A stretch of DNA of 64,000 nt from a virus. Its lineage: Duplodnaviria; Heunggongvirae; Uroviricota; Caudoviricetes. The number at the start of each line of letters is the position of its first letter. Position 1 is the first letter of the stretch. Location of the stretch: IMG/VR virus record IMGVR_UViG_3300022916_000894; one strand, written 5' to 3'. Both the position numbers and the translations under genes were made by a program. Shown piece after piece: positions 9,107 to 20,336 of the stretch. The notes below the pieces were generated by a model. The model was not told the origin of the DNA. It saw only the letters and a list, made by a program, of their open reading frames with translations, and did no database searches.

Positions 9107-10510
9107 GTCGTAGACTTGTTTAGCGTCGATACATTCTTTTGGTATGTATTCCATATAATTAGTAGTTAAAAACCAGAACCAATGTTTAGGATATTGAGGG
9201 TTTACATGGTTCCCATACGAATCCGTTAATACCCACACTGCTTTTGGGTATTCGCATTTCTCTTTCTTAATAACTCGTTGTATCGTACTCTCAATACAAT
9301 CAAAAGCCGTACCACCACCGCCAAGGGCTTTCATATTTCCTTTTGTTATAACTACTTCATGCATCATTGTATCAAAACACCATAGACGTACCTCAAACTT
9401 GTCGCTAGGCAATGATGCTGCCGCATGAGCAAAACGATCAAATAGATGAGAGCAACTGCCAGAATTGTCAATCACGAACCATACTTTGATTTTGCCTTCT
9501 TCTTCGTATAAATCTTCTACTTCCATTTCAGTAGGCAAAAAGAAATCATTTGGTAATATGGTGAACCGTCTGTTTATTCGTACCCATTGTTCTAAGTCGC
9601 GTGAAGCAAACTTAACTTCTTTTAGCATCCACTTTTTAATAATGGTTTCCCATTTTTTCTTTGTAGGTACATTATCGACTTTAGAAAATGACCAAAAACC
9701 GCCAGCCCCAACGCCCGCAGTTTGATCGCCTTGACCGCTGCCATCCTTGGGCAATTTTTCTTCTTGAAAATGTTCATCAATCATATCTTCAAGGTCGCTT
9801 TTTTCTTCTTCCGTCATATCTTCGTTTAATTCTTCGATGATTTCTTTTAATGCCTCTGTGTCCTTTAATCCATCATGGTCGTCAAACGAATCACTACCAA
9901 GTCCTTGACCTTCTCCGCTATCGCCTTCTCCACCGCCGCCACCAGGAGTTATAGGAAGAAGATTATAATAGTATTCAAAGCTTTTGTTGTCGGGTGGAAT
10001 TCTGCCCTTTAAAGTCTCCAACATTTCTGGATGTCTTTTTGGATCAAAAACAGTATCTACCCAACAGAAGTCACGATAATCCCCATGAGGTTCAGCACCT
10101 TCTGGCAACATATCCTTTTCGAAGCCTTTAATCTTGTGTCTATTAAAACCGAATTTATTAACAAGCAAATGATTTACTACAATGTCTAGACATACATTAA
10201 CTGCTTGTCTATTGCTTTTTCTGACACCTTTCATCCTAACTCCATGATTCAGAATAAGATGGAGCATTTCGTGGCAGATAACAAAACGGCGGCTATAATC
10301 ATCGAGATAATTCCAAAATTTGGGATTGAATTCGAAAATCATCCCTTCGCCTTCTTTATTGAAGATCACGCCAGCAGTAGGGATTTTATCTGAAAAACCT
10401 GGTTTGCCCATTTCCCAAAATTTGTGGAAAATCACATGCTTATCTTGCAGACTATCAGCGATAGCAAAGAATTCATCATTATCTATTTTGGCTGTGACTG
10501 TTTCCGTCAT
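9089..10510 (-). CDS. Zincin-like metallopeptidase domain (HExxH) fused to a VWA domain (DUF2201-type partner of MoxR ATPases)
   Basis: HEMLH lies in the N-terminal half. A MIDAS-like VIDNSGS sits in the C-terminal VWA-like domain. It overlaps the next gene by 4 nt. Confidence 0.6.
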   Translation of the reverse strand: MTETVTAKIDNDEFFAIADSLQDKHVIFHKFWEMGKPGFSDKIPTAGVIFNKEGEGMIFEFNPKFWNYLDDYSRRFVICHEMLHLILNHGVRMKGVRKSNRQAVNVCLDIVVNHLLVNKFGFNRHKIKGFEKDMLPEGAEPHGDYRDFCWVDTVFDPKRHPEMLETLKGRIPPDNKSFEYYYNLLPITPGGGGGEGDSGEGQGLGSDSFDDHDGLKDTEALKEIIEELNEDMTEEEKSDLEDMIDEHFQEEKLPKDGSGQGDQTAGVGAGGFWSFSKVDNVPTKKKWETIIKKWMLKEVKFASRDLEQWVRINRRFTILPNDFFLPTEMEVEDLYEEEGKIKVWFVIDNSGSCSHLFDRFAHAAASLPSDKFEVRLWCFDTMMHEVVITKGNMKALGGGGTAFDCIESTIQRVIKKEKCEYPKAVWVLTDSYGNHVNPQYPKHWFWFLTTNYMEYIPKECIDAKQVYDLRDFE

Positions 10511-13080
10511 GATGCCTTTCTGCTCTTAAAATAGAATCCGTTCTTTACTGCCGCATATGCCAAAACAGCGGGGAAAGAGTCTTTGAATTTACTGAATTTA
10601 TAGCCATGTGTTTTCAGGTTATCAATGCACGTATTAATCATGGCAGGTAATTCAGTCCATTTCTTTACTGTGTCTCTGTGAGTCATCTTAATCACTTTTT
10701 CCAACACTGTTAATACTTTAATAGACGTATCCTTAGACATAACATTTGGCATTCCATTCTTAATAACATTGAATGCATCGATTCTGAAAAATGTAGAATC
10801 GAAATCGCCATCGATTTTATCGTCAAGTTGTTTGCCAAAAGAGACTGTTTCTTTTTTCTTTACTTGATAATTGTCTATCCTATTATCATTTACGGCAGGC
10901 GAATCCGGCATAGACGAGATTTGTTTCATGCCATCTTCTGAGAAACGCTTTCTGATTTGGCTGACCAAGGCTTTGTTCATGTCTGCTTTTTCAATTTCTT
11001 TCAAAGCTTCTTTGATCGTTTTATGCCTAGAATAGTTTTTCAAGGCCCACATCATTACGCTACTGCTTTGAGAGATAAGCATATTGATTTTTTCAGCAGG
11101 CATAAATGGGACAAAAAGATCGACCTTTACTCTATCTCTTAATATCTCATGTTTTGCCAAATCAAAATTATTCTCATTTTCTAGAAATTCTTTGATTTTA
11201 TCATCATCTTTTCCTACCATCAACGATTCTAGCTTCGCTATGATTGGTCTTTCTTTGATAATTTTGGTCAATTCTGCCGGATTACAACCCTTTGGCAATG
11301 CATAGCCAACATTTCCACCCTTGAAGAAAATCTCAAGAGCATAATCCAAACGACGAGGGGATACCTTAGTGATGATATCAGGATGCTCTTTTTTTAGTTT
11401 CTTCCACCATTCGATAGAACCATTTGCTACGTCTTTTCCATACTTGTGTATGAAATAAGGCATACTTGGTTCAAATTTCAATTCGATGTGGATTTGGAAT
11501 CTATCTTTTTGAGCAGGGTCCAATTTCTCAACGTCGAAATCTAGTTCTTCATCATCATCTGGGTTAATAGCCGCCCAAATTACTTTCAAGTTTTTGAATT
11601 CCCTACCATTAATAGATTTGAATTGAATCAATTCCATCACAGCATTTCTAATTTTTTTTGGGCTATTATGGACGAACACGCCTTGTCCTACTGCGAAGTT
11701 ATTATAATCATCCACAGTGATGTCATAAACATCTTCATAACCAGCATCTTCAATTTTAATCACTCTATGATTTTTGTTTTCTGAATATTCACTTTGAAAA
11801 TGATTTACAAAATTATCAAAAGAACCAAAGTGTTTTTCGAGAGTGCTGATTTTCATGAGGTATTTACCACGACTATTTTTTGCCAAATTTTTTATTCGAC
11901 TACGAATTGTTTCATATAATTCCGGAGTCAACAATACGCCTTCTTCTAATTGTGTTTTTAGAATTTTTATCGTGTATGACAGTCTCGCTTTACGATTAGC
12001 AGTTACTCTATCTATGTTGTCAAATTGCCCATTCGCCCATGCTTTTTTTGCTCGTTGAGACTGTTCGTTTTTCTTTTGTTTGTCCCAGAAATTTAAAGAG
12101 ATTTTCGACCTATTTTTTTTGTACTGCTCGTCTGATTGGCGTGTTTTTATAGATGCTGCGACGGCTTTAGAACGACTATTGGCATTACCTATCGTTCTTA
12201 AATAATGTAGTGGATATTTTTCATGTACAGTTTTTCCTCCATCTGAAGCGTGTTTAAAAATATGTTCTTCTTTTGAAAGCCGCTCGATATTTAACGGAGA
12301 ATTATTAAAACGATTTTTATCTTTATGATGACGATAACCACCAGTGCTTTTTTTGTATATTTTAGTTAAAATATTATATTTATCTGCTAAATGATAAGTA
12401 AATTCCCAACGAGTTGGTCGTACTGAAGAAACTAATTCATAACCATTTTTATTATATTTTTTGTATAATGCCATTAGAGCATCATCAGGTTCGAGATCAC
12501 CCGCTTTGACATATAAACCAGTCGTCAAAAGAAAAGGATGATCACCAGTACATCGTACAGATAACCCATTATCTAATGTGACTTTTATAACTTTTTGTTT
12601 TTTGCCAGTTTTTCTGGCAGAATGACCTCTTCCAACAGCCATACATTTATTTTTAAGATCATAACTATACACAAAAAACTCTTTTTTATCAACTAAATCT
12701 TTAATAGGAATCGAATAACCATCGGCTAATTGAATAGGAGTATCACCAGTTAAACATCTGTTAAATTCATCAAACAAAATTGCTTCTACTTCATCATCTT
12801 CAAATTCTCGTGGCTTAATCAACTTCAAATATGCTTTGCCTGTTTTTTTATCTTCAACCCGTGCTGGCACCCCAAGAAAGTCAACCCACGGGTCCATAGT
12901 GGCGGCAGAAAACATACGATAGTTCAGCCCTTCATTGTCCCATAAACTCTTAATAATGCTGGATTTGCCAACACCGTGTCTACCGATAAACAATACATTC
13001 CAATCGTTCTTAAGGCACAACTGTAATTTTTTGGTTAATGTATCTTCGGCTACAAAAGCACCTGTGTCAAAGTCGGCCAA
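10507..13080 (-). CDS. MoxR-like AAA+ ATPase interrupted by a ~370-aa intein
   Basis: Walker A is GRHGVGKSS. The Walker B region reads ILFDEFNR|C. Intein block A, CLTGDTPIQLADG, begins immediately after the NR. The intein ends in VFVHN|S, after which the ATPase sequence resumes. Confidence 0.7.
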   Translation of the reverse strand: MADFDTGAFVAEDTLTKKLQLCLKNDWNVLFIGRHGVGKSSIIKSLWDNEGLNYRMFSAATMDPWVDFLGVPARVEDKKTGKAYLKLIKPREFEDDEVEAILFDEFNRCLTGDTPIQLADGYSIPIKDLVDKKEFFVYSYDLKNKCMAVGRGHSARKTGKKQKVIKVTLDNGLSVRCTGDHPFLLTTGLYVKAGDLEPDDALMALYKKYNKNGYELVSSVRPTRWEFTYHLADKYNILTKIYKKSTGGYRHHKDKNRFNNSPLNIERLSKEEHIFKHASDGGKTVHEKYPLHYLRTIGNANSRSKAVAASIKTRQSDEQYKKNRSKISLNFWDKQKKNEQSQRAKKAWANGQFDNIDRVTANRKARLSYTIKILKTQLEEGVLLTPELYETIRSRIKNLAKNSRGKYLMKISTLEKHFGSFDNFVNHFQSEYSENKNHRVIKIEDAGYEDVYDITVDDYNNFAVGQGVFVHNSPKKIRNAVMELIQFKSINGREFKNLKVIWAAINPDDDEELDFDVEKLDPAQKDRFQIHIELKFEPSMPYFIHKYGKDVANGSIEWWKKLKKEHPDIITKVSPRRLDYALEIFFKGGNVGYALPKGCNPAELTKIIKERPIIAKLESLMVGKDDDKIKEFLENENNFDLAKHEILRDRVKVDLFVPFMPAEKINMLISQSSSVMMWALKNYSRHKTIKEALKEIEKADMNKALVSQIRKRFSEDGMKQISSMPDSPAVNDNRIDNYQVKKKETVSFGKQLDDKIDGDFDSTFFRIDAFNVIKNGMPNVMSKDTSIKVLTVLEKVIKMTHRDTVKKWTELPAMINTCIDNLKTHGYKFSKFKDSFPAVLAYAAVKNGFYFKSRKAS

Positions 13081-13081
13081 T

Positions 13082-14131
13082 TTATTGCTCCTTTGTTAAC
13101 TGATTCCACCATCCATGAATCTGCAAATTACTTGTCATTTCCTTGGGCAATTCACCAAACTTAGCAGCGAACAGAGGACCAGTTACAGCGGCATAGGTAT
13201 CTGCATCATAACCGATCAAGGAAACCCAACCCAATGTCCATACTCCATTTTTAGCAAATACTTCTTCTGGCAAATTCATTGGGGCTAAGAATTTCTTATC
13301 ATCTAAAGCCCACTGCAATGCCCACAAAGCGATCTGTAGCGTTAGCAAACAATAGCCAGCACAACGACTGAAATTACCGATGTACGGATTGAATTCATAA
13401 TGATGGAATTCTGTTTTTAAGATCGTTTGTTTTTCTTCTTCAATATCTTCTTTTCCTACTGTTTCTTTCCACGTAATTACATCTTCATTTTTGCTGTTAT
13501 TCAGCCATGTCTCCCAATCAGAGAAAAATGTTTTTTGCCACATTAAATCTTCCAATGGATTTACGCCTTCAAACAATTTATGAATAACCCATGTATGAAT
13601 TGCACAACAAATGACAGGCAGCGGAGCATAGTGAGTGATAATGCCATGCAATAACGACATTTCAAACGCTTCGTCCAAATCGTCTGTCAATCCGTTAATG
13701 ACACCATTTCGCATAAGGCTACCGTTGGCAGCACCTTGCTTATTCCCCTCATAAAAGGCTCTGCCAGATTCGTTCCATCTGCTTCCGTTGGCGATTCCGC
13801 TTAAAACTTCATGAGTGGTATTCCCAATATCTTTGGGATTGCTATGAAGCCATTTAACGAAATTGTTAGCGATATCGCTTGGGTCAAACGATTGCTTTTG
13901 GTACGCAGACTTTACGACAGCCCACGCCATATCTGTGTCGTCTGAATGCTCTCCTGCCTTCATGTTCCATTGTTCTCTACCAACAGGGGTAAAGGGCCAT
14001 CCTCGCTTTTTGTACTTTTTGTACAATTTATAGATGTTCCTATCCTTGAAAAACTCAGTAGTAATGCCTTGACAATCGCCAGTCGCTAATCCTACCAATA
14101 GTTTTCTTGTTTTTTCTTTGTCAAATTTCAA
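13082..14131 (-). CDS. ADP-ribosylglycohydrolase (ARH/DraG family)
   Basis: Motifs GLATGDCQG, HSDDTDMAWAV and GAANGSLMR match the ARH family. It is adjacent to the MoxR/VWA pair. Confidence 0.65.
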   Translation of the reverse strand: MKFDKEKTRKLLVGLATGDCQGITTEFFKDRNIYKLYKKYKKRGWPFTPVGREQWNMKAGEHSDDTDMAWAVVKSAYQKQSFDPSDIANNFVKWLHSNPKDIGNTTHEVLSGIANGSRWNESGRAFYEGNKQGAANGSLMRNGVINGLTDDLDEAFEMSLLHGIITHYAPLPVICCAIHTWVIHKLFEGVNPLEDLMWQKTFFSDWETWLNNSKNEDVITWKETVGKEDIEEEKQTILKTEFHHYEFNPYIGNFSRCAGYCLLTLQIALWALQWALDDKKFLAPMNLPEEVFAKNGVWTLGWVSLIGYDADTYAAVTGPLFAAKFGELPKEMTSNLQIHGWWNQLTKEQ

Positions 14132-14526
14132 ATTTATCTCCTATTTCGTTAAGTGCCGTTTAAGCACTCTCATTTCATTTGTATTATTACCGCGACTATG
14201 CATTGATCTCTGTTTTCTAATCTTTTTACCGATCTTGCGAACGGTTTGTTCGGTCTTTTGTTTTAGAAAAGCATTACCCTCTGCTTCTGCTTTTCCGTCG
14301 ATTTCTTCGTCCCATTCTCTATGAGCCATTTTTGTCCTTAAACAATTTGTCAACTTGCCATCTCATATAACTCTCATAACCAGCACGTAGGCAAGTTAAA
14401 ATGCACACGACAAATGCGACTATAATTGTAGCTTTGTTTATTTCTTTTCCGAGACAAAAACCAATGAGTATAATTGCCCAACAAAGTGACCCCACAAAAC
14501 CTAGAATAGTCCAAAATAAATTCATT

Positions 14527-14862
14527 TTATTGACCTTTCTTAAAATCTTCTGCTATCTTAGCGACATCAAGACCTTCTGCGTCTAATCGCTTAAAGGCTT
14601 CATCTACTTCCATGCGTAATTTTGTCAGATATTCTATTGCATCTTTTCCACAAAAACGACATGGTTTTTCCATTCTCCATGATCTTGGCCCATATGCATT
14701 ATAGAGTTGGGTATCTATAGAACTCAACACCACAACCTCACCGATTTTAATAGGTTGTTTGCAAATACAACATTTTGACTGCCGTTTTGCATAGCGTACT
14801 TCAAATTTTCGGCCTTCGTTTTGTAATTTTCTTAATGCTTTATGTTGTGTAGTTGCAGACAT
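14527..14862 (-). CDS. Zinc-ribbon protein (CCIC...CRFC)
   Basis: Two CxxC pairs. Confidence 0.4.
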   Translation of the reverse strand: MSATTQHKALRKLQNEGRKFEVRYAKRQSKCCICKQPIKIGEVVVLSSIDTQLYNAYGPRSWRMEKPCRFCGKDAIEYLTKLRMEVDEAFKRLDAEGLDVAKIAEDFKKGQ

Positions 14863-15642
14863 TTACCGTACCTTATCGTTATACCCAGTAATATGGGAAA
14901 TCACGAAATCTACTCCATCTGCTGTGTGTTTGAAACAAATGGTACTTCCGTCAGCAGAACCTCTATTCTTAGTAAATTTCCAATAAAACATTCCTCTTGT
15001 GCTGAAATCAGGTGCTTCTTTTTGTGCCTCTAAATGTCTCAATTCACAAGTATGGTCAGGATAATAAGTTATATCAGAATTACCCTTTACTGCACCAGCC
15101 TTATTCAAATGAGAAATTAGAACGATATGACAATCATGCTTGATTGCCAAATCTTTATAATCTTTCATAATTTCTCTGATGACGTTTGGAGAGTTCACGC
15201 CTTCCAAACCAGTTAGACTATCGATGAAAACAACATCGGCATGAGTTTTGATAAGAGCCTCTTTGTGGGACTCTCTGTTATCAGACCCCACCACGAAGAA
15301 GTCATAATCGCCTTCTGCTCTTTTAACCCATGTTGCAAGACTGTTAGGGTCATCTTCATTAAGAATATACAGAACAGTCAAAGGAGAACGGTATTGGTCG
15401 CCTTTAGCCATTTGCATACCGATTTGCATACAAAGACGGCTTTTCCCAACACCGCCAGCACCAGCCAAGATGGTCACACGACCTCTAGGCATACCAACTT
15501 CCCATAGTATTTCGTTACCTTGTTCGTCGCAAACGCGATTGATGCCATAAGCGATGTCTAAATCCTTGAAACCAGTAGGCATTCTCTTAGGATCATTTCC
15601 AGATAATTCGGACAGTCGATGTATTTGTAGTGTCTCAGTCAT
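14863..15642 (-). CDS. RecA-superfamily ATPase (Sak4 / DnaB-C-terminal-like)
   Basis: Walker A is GAGGVGKS. Walker B-like VVFIDSL is present. VLISHLNK resembles a RecA/DnaB-type sensor. 259 aa. Confidence 0.55.
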   Translation of the reverse strand: MTETLQIHRLSELSGNDPKRMPTGFKDLDIAYGINRVCDEQGNEILWEVGMPRGRVTILAGAGGVGKSRLCMQIGMQMAKGDQYRSPLTVLYILNEDDPNSLATWVKRAEGDYDFFVVGSDNRESHKEALIKTHADVVFIDSLTGLEGVNSPNVIREIMKDYKDLAIKHDCHIVLISHLNKAGAVKGNSDITYYPDHTCELRHLEAQKEAPDFSTRGMFYWKFTKNRGSADGSTICFKHTADGVDFVISHITGYNDKVR

Positions 15643-16047
15643 GGTACTACATTATAACACAGACTAATTTCGGGATAATAAAAAACTATAAATTTTTATC
15701 TAAAATACCGATTTTCTTTAGAGGCCATATCCATAAACAAAGGAATGCATTTCCAATGAATTTTAGAACTTTTTTAATATGCAGCAATTTTACAAAGGCT
15801 ATAATTGATGCCAAAGCAATAAACAAAGCGAATATGGGCAAGAAAACCCACCAAAGACCTATCGCAATCCATAAATCTTTTCTTTGGTCTTCTTCACCAT
15901 AATCGTTACTACAGGTCTGATCAGGAGGTATATGAGTCCACATCCATTTATCGATTTTGTCAAATAATTCGCTTGACACAAGCATTATGGTAATAAATGC
16001 CCCAATGTAATAACCGCCCAAAATAATTAACATCCATATTCCTAAAC

Positions 16048-16647
16048 TCATTTCTTTCTTCCTCTCTTTTTTAGCCCATTAAAGGGTTCTACTTCATCAT
16101 AAGATTTCCATCTTGTATACAATTCATACATAGGTAGACCATTTTTGTCTACGTATACATTTATGGAAGTTTTCATTTGTCTTAGTTTCTCTCCATACGG
16201 ATTGAAACCACGAATTCTCTGGCACATTCTTGCCGTTTCCATAATACGACCATTAACGTCTCTGGCCACCAGATTATTATCAGCGAGTTTATTTTCAAAG
16301 TTTTTCCATGCATTGCTTTTATTCTTACATGGAAACTTTGACATTTCTATTTCCATCTGTTTTTTTACATTAACAAATGGGTGTTTTTGGTTAATGCCCA
16401 AAGATATAAGCGATTGTATGAGGCCGTAATATACACCACCTTTTCTGTACGGATTTACAAAGATACTACATTGATCATAAACTTGACGTAATTGATTGGC
16501 TTTCGCCCAAGACATATGGTATTTCTTTGGTCTTACAAATCCGTTTTTTGTTTGAATCATTTTGCATCTTTGCTTGTATGGTTTCTCGGCCTCGTCTCGA
16601 ATCAACTCATAGTCACTTTTGGACCCCTTCGATGTGAGTCTGTCCAT
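16048..16647 (-). CDS. Hypothetical basic protein
   Basis: ORF only. Confidence 0.3.
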   Translation of the reverse strand: MDRLTSKGSKSDYELIRDEAEKPYKQRCKMIQTKNGFVRPKKYHMSWAKANQLRQVYDQCSIFVNPYRKGGVYYGLIQSLISLGINQKHPFVNVKKQMEIEMSKFPCKNKSNAWKNFENKLADNNLVARDVNGRIMETARMCQRIRGFNPYGEKLRQMKTSINVYVDKNGLPMYELYTRWKSYDEVEPFNGLKKRGRKK

Positions 16648-17110
16648 GTTTTGTTATCTCCTGGGATTTAAGTTCTTCCACAATTTTCCTAATAGCGATC
16701 ACACCAGTATAGCACTCGTCATTTAACCACATGATCGGAATTGACGATGGCGAATTGCTAATAATCACTGGGATTTCATTCGCCATAGTTGCTAAATCTT
16801 GCATAACTTTTGCCGCTGATAGATTCGCGTCATTAAAAAGAAAGCGAATCTTTTTCTTTTTCGCTTCCTTACTCATTTTAGTTTTTCTCAGTCTTTCTAT
16901 CAGAAGTGTAATGAGGAGACTTCTTTGAAAATGCGTTCTTTACAAGAACTTTATACCCATCGTCTTCGTACATCTTAACACGATTGACAATCCAATCGGT
17001 CTTTCTATCTTCTTTTGCACAAAAAATAATAATCTGTCCTTCGATACGACCTTGCTTCTCACTAAGTAATTCCCAATTCATAATATCTCCTTCTGTTACT
17101 ACATTATAGG

Positions 17111-17542
17111 TCATGGTAATTCATTTTTTTGCTTGCTGCTCTTTTTTGTTTTCGTCGGTTTTTCTTCTTCAATTCCAAGTAAATCCTTTACAGGCTCTAT
17201 AGACTCTTCAATGTATTGTTCTAATTCGCCATCTGGGAACTCAATATCGTTCTCCAAAAATGCCAAACGATTTATCCATCGAATCAACGGTTTGAAATCA
17301 ATCCAATAATCATCATCTTCCATCATTTTGCGTCGATGTGCCCTAAGCACTTGCCCTACAAAGGGATATGCGTTTTTGCATTCGTCACAAGCCTCTGCCA
17401 AATGGCCCATGGCATAGTAGAAATATTCTTCAAAGGCTTCTGTATCGTCAGCGTATTCACTTAAAAGGACATATGCTTGTCCTAAATGTTTTCTTACACA
17501 GTCCAAGCAAGTTGCTCGATTAGCCATGCTATTTTCCTCCAT
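17111..17542 (-). CDS. Hypothetical Cys-rich protein
   Basis: ORF only. Confidence 0.3.
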   Translation of the reverse strand: MEENSMANRATCLDCVRKHLGQAYVLLSEYADDTEAFEEYFYYAMGHLAEACDECKNAYPFVGQVLRAHRRKMMEDDDYWIDFKPLIRWINRLAFLENDIEFPDGELEQYIEESIEPVKDLLGIEEEKPTKTKKSSKQKNELP

Positions 17543-17689
17543 AATAACGGATCATATGTATAATGGCTTCCTCTCTAATTAATCGGCGCATCCAAGGTTC
17601 TTTCGACTGAAAACGCTTGTTGTTTTTGTTTAGATTTGTATATATAAGTCTATACTTCTCTACTATGTTGTCTCTATACATTGCAAACA

Positions 17690-17730
17690 AAAATAAATGG
17701 GGGAGAGAAAATCTCTCCCCCATTTATTTT
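17690..17730. terminator. Perfect 18-bp inverted repeat (aaataaatgggggagag / ctctcccccatttattt) with a 5-nt loop. It is a likely intrinsic terminator downstream of the SPFH gene
   Basis: Read from the sequence. It has a GC core with A/T-rich flanks on both sides. Confidence 0.65.
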
Positions 17731-17735
17731 CTCCA

Positions 17736-18791
17736 TTAGTTAGACAAAGTTTTAGGAACATCCAGCTTCATCATCATCATAGGCAATTTTTCCATTCCAC
17801 CCATAAAGTAAACTGGCAATACGCCATCCCAATTCTCTGCTTGGATTTTGTTGATTTCGATCTGTTGCATCATCAAATACTCTGGAGTTTTGGCCAATTC
17901 CAAACGCATCGTATTGGCTTCCACTTCTGCATTTGCAACCAACAAAAGAGCCGCCGCTTCTCCATTGGCTTCTTTCTTAAAGGCTTCAGCCTTTGCATCT
18001 GCTTCCATGATAATCTTTTCATTCTTATCATTTTGAGCCTCTAATAACGCAGCATTAACGTCTTTCTCGCGTTGAGCCACGAATACTCCATCAATGGCTT
18101 TCTGAATATCACCATTCTTATATTCGAATCCGCCAGTAAGACCAATTGTGGTAATTGTAATTCCTCGTTCTTCAAAAATAGGAATAACTTTTTCACGAAT
18201 TGATATAGCAATCTCAACTTTTTGATTTCTCAATTCGCTCATATCAAATCCCGCTGAAAAGTCAGAAAACTGAGACTGAACATGACTACGAATTTCATTA
18301 TCCATTACGTCTGCCAAACTGCCAGCAGGATAACGATAAAGGAATTTCGAGGTATTTTGCTCTTCGACCATGCCAGAAATGGTAATGCCTGTCGAAAAAC
18401 TTACAGAGTCTTTTGATTCTACCCAAATACCTTCATCTTGTTGCCTAGTTCCTCTATCTTCGTCTACTAGCCATTCACGAGTTACTGGTTTTCTATCTAC
18501 TTTAATAACCTTGACAGTGCGTTTGTACACACCACTTCTAGGAAGATAACCAGTTGAAACCCATTTTTGTGGTACTAGAATTCTTTTAGTAGCCACTTTC
18601 AATGTTTCTAACTGTGCTTCTGAATCGAACTTCACTTGCTTGTCGATATCACCCTCAAGAGGGATAACATATACAGTTTCCGAGTTTTCAATTTCCTCAA
18701 AAATCGGAACCTCATGCGGCTTCAAGCAAGTTGCAAACCACATAATACCACAAAATACCAAAAATCCAATACCGCCTAGCAAATACTTCAT
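17736..18791 (-). CDS. SPFH/Band-7 (prohibitin/HflK-like) membrane protein
   Basis: An N-terminal transmembrane helix is followed by an SPFH-like core and a C-terminal Ala/Glu-rich coiled region (KAEAFKKEANGEAAALLLVANAEVEA). Confidence 0.55.
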   Translation of the reverse strand: MKYLLGGIGFLVFCGIMWFATCLKPHEVPIFEEIENSETVYVIPLEGDIDKQVKFDSEAQLETLKVATKRILVPQKWVSTGYLPRSGVYKRTVKVIKVDRKPVTREWLVDEDRGTRQQDEGIWVESKDSVSFSTGITISGMVEEQNTSKFLYRYPAGSLADVMDNEIRSHVQSQFSDFSAGFDMSELRNQKVEIAISIREKVIPIFEERGITITTIGLTGGFEYKNGDIQKAIDGVFVAQREKDVNAALLEAQNDKNEKIIMEADAKAEAFKKEANGEAAALLLVANAEVEANTMRLELAKTPEYLMMQQIEINKIQAENWDGVLPVYFMGGMEKLPMMMMKLDVPKTLSN

Positions 18792-19466
18792 CGTTTTTCT
18801 CCTTTCGTTATTATATCGATGATTTACGACTGTTCTTTCAACAATTGTTCTTTAGGCTTATACATCGCCCATGCCTTTGCAATAGGGGTTGCCATCAATA
18901 AAACTCCTGCTACAAAGACAATCAAGGCTTCTACATACGTCAATAAATGCCTAACCGATTCGATAGCAACCACTGCTTCATTGCTTCCATTGACTTGTGC
19001 TAATGCAGCATCATTTTGAGCATGTAGTGGATACCACGCCCCATGCAAGTATTCACCAGCAGAAGTTACAACCACCATGATGATCAACAAAATAACTATA
19101 CGCCATAAGATACTCATCTTTATCTCCTTTATTTCTTGGTTATTTTATAACCTAATTTTGTTGCTTCTTTTTTGAAACGTTCTTCACGTTTTTTCTTTGC
19201 GACTTCTATTTGTCTTTGTACTCGTTCTTTAGCTTTTTTAGCTTTTGCTTTTTCTTCTTTAATTTCTTGAGCAGTCATTTCTCGTTCGCCACGCAAAGAA
19301 GCACCGTGTCCTTGTGTCCAATCTCTGCCGGGGCAACTCCTACGAAATTCTGAGTTTTTATGTTTCTTCATCCAATCAATTGCGTCACTAAAATCATCTT
19401 CTGATATTGGAAAGAAAAGTGTTTTTTGAACTGATTTATATTGTTTGGCCATTTAAATATCCTCTT

Positions 19467-19928
19467 TCAAATTTTCATTTCAAAATATCTATACAATTTC
19501 TTACTCAAAACAAATTCATGGGTGATTTTAAACCCCATTTTCAAGTAAAAATCTTTTGCTTTATACCGATCATCTGAAGCAACAGTTATGATTTCTATCC
19601 GGGGGGTTTTCGTTCTAAGACTATTCATCTTTTTTACTACTGAAATCGCTTTAGAGATTAATAATTTTCCTAATCCCTTTTTTTGATAAGATTTACTAAT
19701 GGCGAGTGTTTCTATGTTTATAACACCCGTGCCATCATCTTCCAGGCACATCATCCCAATCAGCCGGTTATTGTTCTTAATGATGTAGTAAAAATGATTT
19801 TTAATTTGATTTAAAATCCATTTTTTATCTTCTAATTCTAAAAAGAAACCACGAAATGCTTTTTTGGCTAAACGTTGGATGGCTAGATGGTCATCAACAG
19901 TAGCTCGTTGTATCTTCAACTTGTCCAT
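19467..19928 (-). CDS. GNAT family N-acetyltransferase
   Basis: Motif A-like QKKGLGKLL is present. 153 aa. Confidence 0.55.
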   Translation of the reverse strand: MDKLKIQRATVDDHLAIQRLAKKAFRGFFLELEDKKWILNQIKNHFYYIIKNNNRLIGMMCLEDDGTGVINIETLAISKSYQKKGLGKLLISKAISVVKKMNSLRTKTPRIEIITVASDDRYKAKDFYLKMGFKITHEFVLSKKLYRYFEMKI

Positions 19929-20336
19929 TTTTAGATATCCTTCGTATATAACCCAAAATCAACGCCACAACACATTCCTACAAAATTGATAAAATCTACG
20001 ACAACAGCTTTATCTTCTTCATCTTTCAATTCTAGCAATACGGCTTGTCGTGACATTTCGCTTAACACATCACCAGAAGTAGACACCTTGCCCTCCCATG
20101 CGTCTACGTTGGCATGACAATGATCAATATAGGATGATAGACTGTCACCAACTTTTGCTGCGGAAGGTTGTACGCCACCCAATTTGTTCATGTGTTGATT
20201 TCTTGCGATTGAATCTAATGAAGTGCGAAGATAATGCAATGCATAGTTATCAAAAACTCCATGCATATCTTCTGTCGTCTCAACTTTTTTGCGTTTTTCT
20301 TGTTCCATCTGTTTATTCTTATTCCAAAAATTTACT

